Assembly (NCBI RefSeq): GCF_902459465.1
Contig: NC_047076.1
Location: 372,001-436,000, forward strand
Direction of reading: 5' to 3'
DNA from: Asterias rubens
Lineage: Eukaryota
DNA: 64,000 bases
In this document: one piece after another, positions 56,601-64,000 of the stretch
Layout of the letters: each line of letters opens with the position of its first letter
Numbering within the stretch: position 1 is the first letter of the stretch
The notes under the pieces: generated by a model
The model's database searches: none
The model's input: the letters and a program-made list of their open reading frames with translations, nothing else
What the model was told of the DNA's origin: nothing
Position numbers and translations under genes: made by a program

Positions 56601-57479
56601 TGGAGTGAAGGTGCGCAGTAACCGGGTGAGAGTTTATAATTCCTTGTTTAACCACAGGTCTGCTTTGATCATAATGACATTACCTGTAAGTCAGTTTCTA
56701 TCCGAATGAGGCGGTAATGGTCCTCAATGAACCAGGCAATATTGCATGAAGATTATAGAAATACAAAGCTAAGAATGTTGAGTATTGTGGTCCGACTGAC
56801 TCAATAGAGCTTTGTGTGTCTGCTAGTTATCGAGTATCAAGATCATGTTATTTCACATTAAGCATTCATCTGAAGTTTAGTTTCCAATATCTGCTTGAAC
56901 AGCAAATTATTACTGCTGAGCAATACACCAGGACACCAGTTACAGATTGTACATGTGGGATGGTATTTTGGCTGGTTACCTTTTTCTGCTTAGCATTTTT
57001 GGTATGCTTAGCTATTTTTGTGCATAAGCAGCTGAATTAAAATATGCCCAGGAACACACTTAGTATTCTCAGAGTGCTATTTATAAATCAAGTAAAAGGC
57101 TAAGAATTTTTATTTTAGTTTCATCTTCCCAAACATATTTTATTGAAAGAGATTTGGTTTTGTTTGTAAAGGATTGCATAAATGTAAGAAAAAGATAGAA
57201 ACAAGACTGAATGGTTATAAAAGGAATGTTGGAAAGAGAGTAATAATAAGTAAAATGCATACTGTGCATTTATGTCAAATCTTGTCTCAGTGTCAGTGAA
57301 ATTTGTAAATAACAAAATTTTATAGTTAAGTGTCTTGTTCATTATATATATTTGGTTTGCGGTTACATCATGTGTGTATCTACTTGCCAGGTAGAGTTTG
57401 TTCGTAGAGAACTGTCTTTCTTTATTCTACTACCGCGGAGTAGATTTTCCGGATGATCGGGTGACTTCTGAAACAACCA

Positions 57480-57930
57480 CACTGGCTCCCTATCTCTCAA
57501 CGAATCATCTTCAAGCTGATGCTCATTGTCCACAAAGCACTTAATGGCAAGGCTCCCCTCTATATTTCTGAACTTCTCCAAGTTTACACTCCATCAAGAA
57601 ATCTTCGATCAAGTTCCATGCTTCTTCTCATTGAACCCAAGTCTCAACACTCATGGGGAGACAGGTCTTTTTCTTCAGCTGCGCCACGCATCTGGAACTC
57701 TCCACCACTTAATCTTAGAACTTGTTTTTGTACCACAACATTCAAATCTCTTCTCAAAACTTATCTTATGTCACAGGTTTTCAAGGAGTAATTTTTGTTG
57801 TGTCTGTTTTTCTTTGTTTTGTTTTTGTTTTGTTTTGTTTCGTTTGTTGTTGGTTTTACTGCGCCTTGAACACCCAGCAGGGTGGATACGTGCGCATTAC
57901 AAGTCTTATTATTATTATATTATTATTATT
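57480..57930 (+). mobile_element. 5'-truncated L2/CR1-group LINE (ORF2 C-terminus, 3'UTR, (ATT)n tail)
   Basis: HWLPISQRIIFKLMLIVHKALNGKAPLYISELLQVYTPSRNLRSS...GDRSFSSAAPRIWNS...FKSLLKTYL*, stop at 57791. This is the typical post-RT C-terminus of L2/CR1-like elements. Confidence 0.9.
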
Positions 57931-60141
57931 ATTCTCAATTCTGAAAAGAACTTTCCTGCTTTTTAACTATTCTGGGTGGATGGTATAGAAAATAGGCTGG
58001 GACTACTACTTTTATGTCTCTCGAGATTTGAACTGACATTTGCACATTGTATCAATCTTGTCTCAGTGTCAGTGAATTTTGTAAATAACCAGATGTTGTA
58101 TTTTTATTTTATAGTTAAGTGTCTTACTCACGGACACAAGTGCCAGGACAGAGATTTGAACCCACATTGTCGCTCAGCCACAACTTGAACTCGGTGTGCT
58201 AGACCGCCTGGCCCCAACTTGCTTAGCGAAGGACCTAAAGCCTCCAGTATACTCTTCTTCTATGTCATTACTTACTTAATTGTCTAGACATTAAAGATTG
58301 GAATGTCTGTTTTTAGGCTTAACAGCCCTACACCCAGAACGATTAGGTTCGTTCCACTATCGTCTCCAAGATCGATAGCGGAACCAACCTCATATAGTTC
58401 TACTGTAAACCAGAATCTGAATCATTCACTTTGGCAATTTGATAGAGGGAAATGGGACTGTGTTGAGGTTGAACAATGCACAGTCCTCATAGAGCCAAGC
58501 TTCAGTGCTAGCCAAGCTTCAGTGCTTTGTGTTTTTAAATCACCCGATTAAACGCTTATTGTTTAAATCATCGCATGAACTTTGGAGCGTGAATGTAACA
58601 AGTGTTGGAGCCTGCAGCAGAAAAGAGTGAGCCATCAATGTTTGTTATTTTACTTGGAATAATGAAATAAAACTAAGATTGATTATGAAAAAATAGTAAT
58701 CAGTTTTGTAAAGTAAGAGTTGGACTGATGTTTTGGGTAACCTAGGTTCTGGTTGTAGGTACAGTCCTTGAGTTTCAGCTTTGAGGGGGCAAAGGCTATT
58801 TTTCTTTTGAACAGGGCATTTCCACTGGTAAATCTTAAAGTGTACCTGAAAGTTTTGAAGGGGCACCAATGCCAAAGACCAGGGCAACAGAGGCCATCTC
58901 CATGGCCTTAGTGTAATTACTGTCAACCATTGCGAGGTCGGACTCCTTGTCCCGACTTGCCCTTCATCCTACTAACACTCATTGTTGTTTAATAACCGCA
59001 ATGTCTGTATGAATTTATGCTTAAATATTTTACTTTGCTAATTTATTTGACTCCAGAAATCTCTCCTGTGGTGCATTCATTCTTTGGATAAGTTTTCAAC
59101 TCTGATGGAAATGATGTTCAAATAATCTCTGAGGGAATCAGATGGACTACAAAAAAATCAGCTACGACCAGTTATGCCAGTCCACACTCACTGCAACTGA
59201 GATAAAGGTGAGTTTTTAAAGCATATTGAATGAAGGTAATTCTTTATCACCAGAGTTCAAAAGATTATTGGTGTGATAGGCTTGTACGCTACCCAGCAAC
59301 CATCCCACTTAAATGTCACTCTAGATCATCCCCAACATGTCACTGTGCAAGCCATGTTCTGTGTCAGATCGCTTTTCATGCATCTACACTGTACTACCAA
59401 TATACATCATCCAAACTGTATGTCACCAATCTTTTCATCTTTCGACATGATTTCAGTTTATTCTGGATCTCATCATGGAGTAAGATCTCGTCTGCGTCTG
59501 TCTGTCCTCCTTATCAGCATCTCCTCCCCTGTCCCTGTCTTGCAGTTTTAAAAATAATTTGCTTTGTATGTGCAATGTGTCTAATTTCCTTTGTCTTGTT
59601 TTTTTACATTTTGACTGGTTATTTTCCAATTTAGAATTATTGTTGTCTACTTAGATTTTGATTTTTTTTTTATCTTGTAAATTGTCATGTAATTCGACAT
59701 TTTGGTCACAATGTGATAACTTAAACAAAATATACCAATTTACTCTTAAGCACATAATTCATCGGTAAGCAGACGTATGATGAGCACAGGAATATAAAGA
59801 TTCATTACAACCTAATAACTGTGTAAGTTGTTGATCCATGGATAGGGCATGAATATTGGTATATTTTATTAACCTTATCACCCTGTGACCAAAAGGAGAA
59901 AGGATAAGATGATCCGAAGACAAGCAGAGCATACAAATTGAAACATTGTGTTATAACCTAACCCAACCACGTTATAGATTATCATCACATGGTGTTATGG
60001 CAAACCTTACTATACCGTATTTGAACCATGCAAAGTTTCAATTCTTACTTGCATTAAATAAAGTAATTCTTGTGTTGATATTGCAGTACACTCAAGCATG
60101 AGTACACTCAAGATGATGACAACACTTCAGATCTAATGAGA

Positions 60142-60431
60142 GATGCACAAGCTCGGATGAAGAGAAACACTTGGAATCTGTCTTAGCCATCCAGTCAAAG
60201 ATGCACAAACTCAGATGAAGAGAAACACTTGGAATCTGTCTTAGCCATCCAGTCAAAGATGCACAAACTCAGATGAAGAGAAACACTTGGAATCTGTCTA
60301 AGTCATCCAGTCAAAGATGCACAAACTCAGATGAAGAGAAACACTTGGAATCTGTCTTAGTCATCCAGTCAAAGATGCACAGACTCAGATGAAGAGTAAC
60401 ACTTGGAATCTTTCTTAGCCATCCAGTCAAA
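60142..60431. repeat. 58-bp tandem repeat, 5 copies
   Basis: GATGCACAAACTCAGATGAAGAGAAACACTTGGAATCTGTCTTAGCCATCCAGTCAAA at 60142, 60200, 60258, 60316, 60374. Confidence 0.95.
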
Positions 60432-60466
60432 CAAAAATGATAAAATGGTGAACATATCCCATGTTG

Positions 60467-63400
60467 TTTTTCACAATTTTAGGCCCAAAATGGCTAAAAA
60501 TGCTGGACTTACCCCTTGTGATTTTTTTTCAATTTTAGGCCCAAAATGGCTAAAAATGCTGGAGTTACCCCTTGAGACTTTTTCAATTTTAGGCCCAAAA
60601 TGGCTAAAAATGCTGGACTGTTACCCCTTGTGTTTTTTTCAATTTTAGGCGCAAAATGGCTAAAAATGTTGGACTTGCCCCTTGTGATTTTTTCAATTTC
60701 AGGCCCAAAATGACTAAAAATGTTGGACTTACCCCTTGTGATTTTTTCAATTTTAGGCGCAAAATGGCTAAAAAAGCTGGACTTACCCCTTGTGTTTTTT
60801 TTTCAATTTTGTGCCCAAAATGGCTAAAAATGCTGGACTTACCCCTTGTGATTTTTCCAGTTTTACGCCCAAAATGACTAAAAAAACTGGACTTACCCCT
60901 TGTGATTTTTCCAATTTTAGGCCCAAAATGACTAAAAATGCTGGACTTACACCCCTTGTGATTTTTCCAATTTTAGGCCCAAAATGGCTAAAAATGCTGG
61001 ACTTACCCCTTGTGTTTTTTTTCAATTTTGTGCCCAAAATGACTTAAAATGCTGGACTTACCCCTTGTGTTTTTTTTTATTAAGTTTTACGCCCAAAATG
61101 GCTAAAAATGCTGGACTTACCCCTTGTGATTTTTTCAATTTTAGGCCCAAAATGACTAAAAATGCTGGACTTACCCCTTGTGATTTTTTCAATTTTAGGC
61201 CCAAAAAACTGGACTTACCCCTTGTGATTTTTCCAATTTTGTGCCCAAAATGACTAAAAATGCTGGACTTACCCCTTGTGTTTTTTTTTATTAAGTTTTA
61301 CGCCCAAAATGGCTAAAAATGCTGGACTTACCCCTTGTGATTTTTTCAATTTTAGGCCCAAAATGACTAAAAATGCTGGACTTACCCATTGTGATTTTTT
61401 CAATTTTAGGCCCAAAAAACTGGACTTACCCCTTGTGATTTTTCCAATTTTGTGCCCAAAATGACTAAAAATGCTGGACTTACCCCTTGTGTTTTTTTTT
61501 ATTAAGTTTTACGCCCAAAATGGCTAAAAATGCTGGACTTACCCCTTGTGATTTTTTCAATTTTAGGCCCAAAATGACTAAAAATGCTGGACTTACCCCT
61601 TGTGTTTTTTTTTCAATTTTGTGCCCAAAATGACTAAAAATGCTGGACTTACCCCTTGTGTTTTTTTTTATTAAGTTATTCGCCCAAAATGGCTAAAAAT
61701 GCTGGACTTACCCCTTGTGATTTTTTCAATTTTAGGTCCAAAATGACTAAAAATGCTGGACTTGCCCCTTGTGATTTTTCCAATTTTAGGCCCTAAATGG
61801 CTGAAAATGCTGGACTTACCCCTTGTGATTTGTCCAATTTTAGGCCCAAAATGGCTAAAAATGCTGGACTTACCCCTTGTGATTTTTCCAATTTTAGGCC
61901 CAAAATGGCTAAAAATGCTGGACTTACCCCTTATGTTTTTTTCAATTTTAGGCCCAAAATGGCTAAAAATGCTGGACTTACCCCTTGTGATTTTTCCAAT
62001 TTTAGGCCCAAAATTACTAAAAATGCTGGACTTACCCCTTGTGTTTTTTTTTCAATTTTGTGCCCAAAATGACTAAAAATGCTGGACCTTCCCCATGTGT
62101 TTTTTTTTTATTAAGTTATTCGCCCAAAATGGCTAAAAATGCTGGACTTACCCCTTGTGATTTTTTCAATTTTAGGCCCAAAATGACTAAAAATGCTGGA
62201 CTTACCCCTTGTGATTTTTCCAATTTTAGGCCCAAAATGGCTAAAAATGCTGGACTTACCCCTTGTGATTTTTTCAATTTTAGGCCCAAAATTACTAAAA
62301 ATGCTGGACTTACCCCTTGTGATTTTTTCAATTTTGTGCCCTAAATGGCTAAAAATGCTGGACTTACCCCTTGTGTTTTTTTTTATTAAGTTTTAGGCCC
62401 AAAATGGCTAAAAATGCTGGACTTACCCCTTGTGATTTTTTCCAATTTTAGGCCCAAAATGACTAAAAATGCTGGACTTACCCCTTATGTTTTTTTCAAT
62501 TTTAGGCCCAAAATGGCTAAAAATGCTGGACTTACCCCTTGTGTTTTTTTTCAATTTTAGGCCCAAAATGGCTAAAAATGCTGGACTTACCCCTTGTGAT
62601 TTTTCCAATTTTAGGCCCAAAATTACTAAAAATGCTGGACTTGCCCCTTGTGATTTTTTCAATTTTAGGCCCAAAAAACTGGACTTACCCCTTGTGATTT
62701 TTCCAATTTTAGGCCCAAAATGACTAAAAATGCTGGACTTACCCCTTGTGATTTTTCCAATTTTAGGCCCAAATTGGCTAAAAATGCTGGACTTACCCCT
62801 TGTGTTTTTTTTTCAATTTTGTGCCCAAAATGACTAAAAATGCTGGACTTACCCCTTGTGTTTTTTTTTATTAAGTTTTGTGCCCAAAATGGCTAAAAAT
62901 GCTGGACTTACCCCTTGTGATTTTTCCAATTTTAGGCCCAAAAAACTGGACTTGCCCCTTGTGATTTTTCCAATTTAGGCCCAAAATGACTAAAAATGCT
63001 GGACTTACCCCTTGTGATTTCTCCAATTTTAGGCCCAAAAAACTGGACTTACCCCTTGTGATTTCTCCAATTTTAGGCCCAAAATGGCTAAAAATGCTGG
63101 ACTTACCCCTTGTGTTTTTTTTTCAATTTTGTGCCCAAAATGACTAAAAATGCTGGACTTGCCCCTTGTGTTTTTTTTTATTAAGTTTTACGCCCAAAAT
63201 GGCTAAAAATGCTGGACTTACCCCTTGTGATTTTTCCAATTTTGTGCCCAAAATGACTAAAATGCTGGACTTACCCCTTGTGTTTTTTTTTTTTAAGTTT
63301 TACGCCCAAAATGGCTAAAAATGCTGGACTTACCCCTTGTGATTTTTTAAATTTTAGGCCCAAAATGACTAAAAATGCTGGACTTACCCCTTGTGATTTT

Positions 63401-63830
63401 TCCAATTTTAGGCCCAAAATGGCTAAAAATGCTGGACTTACCTCTTGTGTTTTTTTTCAATTTTGTGCCCAAAATGACTAAAAATGCTGGACTTACCCCT
63501 TGTGTTTTTTTTTATTAAGTTTTACGCCCAAAATGGCTAAAAATGCTGGACTTACCCCTTGTGTTTTTTTCAATTTTAGGCCCAAAATGACTAAAAATGC
63601 TGGACTTACCCCTTGTGATTTTTCCAATTTTAGGCCCAAAAAAATGGACTTACCCCTTGTGATTTTTCCAATTTTAGGCCCAAAATGACTAAAAATGCTG
63701 GACTTGCCCCTTGTGATTTTTCCAATTTTAGGCCCAAAATTACTAAAAATGCTGGAGTTGCCCCTTGTGATTTTTTCAATTTTAGGCCCAAAATGGCTAA
63801 ACATGCTGGACTTACCCCTTGTTATTTTTT
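60467..63830. repeat. ~54-bp satellite array, roughly 60 monomers with variant units
   Basis: Consensus TTTTAGGCCCAAAATGGCTAAAAATGCTGGACTTACCCCTTGTGATTTTTTCAA, with short and T-extended variants. Confidence 0.98.
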
Positions 63831-64000
63831 CATTTTATATAAAACGAGAAAAACATTTCATATAAAACTTGCTTCGTCATAAATATCGACGTTTAAATTG
63901 TACACAAATAATTCTAATAGAATGTAATAAATGCGAAGCGGTAAATTGAACATTGGTCTTCATGGTGTTTTTATTTCAAATTTTTCTGAATTTGTATAAA

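Noticed and set aside
60403-63882. Many 60-107-aa ORFs (MLDLPLVIFPILGPK, MAKNAGLTPCDFF repeats)
   Set aside because: They are satellite translations in several frames and on both strands.

Overview
AT-rich, intron-rich animal DNA. The gene models, AT content and repeat types fit an invertebrate deuterostome, most plausibly an echinoderm such as a sea star; this is inference. Left to right: (1) two coding exons of ORMDL on the minus strand; (2) head-to-head with it, PMS1 (MutL homolog with HMG box; 14 coding exons, 5222-35827, +); (3) nested antisense inside the 18.7-kb intron after the first PMS1 coding exon, three intronless paralogs of a bacterial-like sulfotransferase-fold family; (4) a 5-exon secreted CAP/CRISP-family gene (37938-39843, +); (5) a complete 13-exon OXSR1/STK39 (OSR1/SPAK/Fray) kinase (41964-52846, +); (6) a repeat-rich tail ending in a 3.4-kb array of a ~54-bp satellite. 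Introns are packed with MITEs, tRNA-derived SINEs, LINE 3' remnants and minisatellites. Best leads: the nested and apparently recombining sulfotransferase cluster; a near-intact minimal type I hammerhead ribozyme at 51594-51637, plus a second hammerhead-like family with a U3-A8 core whose stem II has become a minisatellite; a 15-copy array of a SINE tRNA-like head; tandem duplications of splice-acceptor/exon junctions in both PMS1 and OXSR1; and an apparent +1 frameshift in a T run of PMS1. All exon calls were made by eye from splice signals, reading-frame phase and recalled protein homology. No searches were run.
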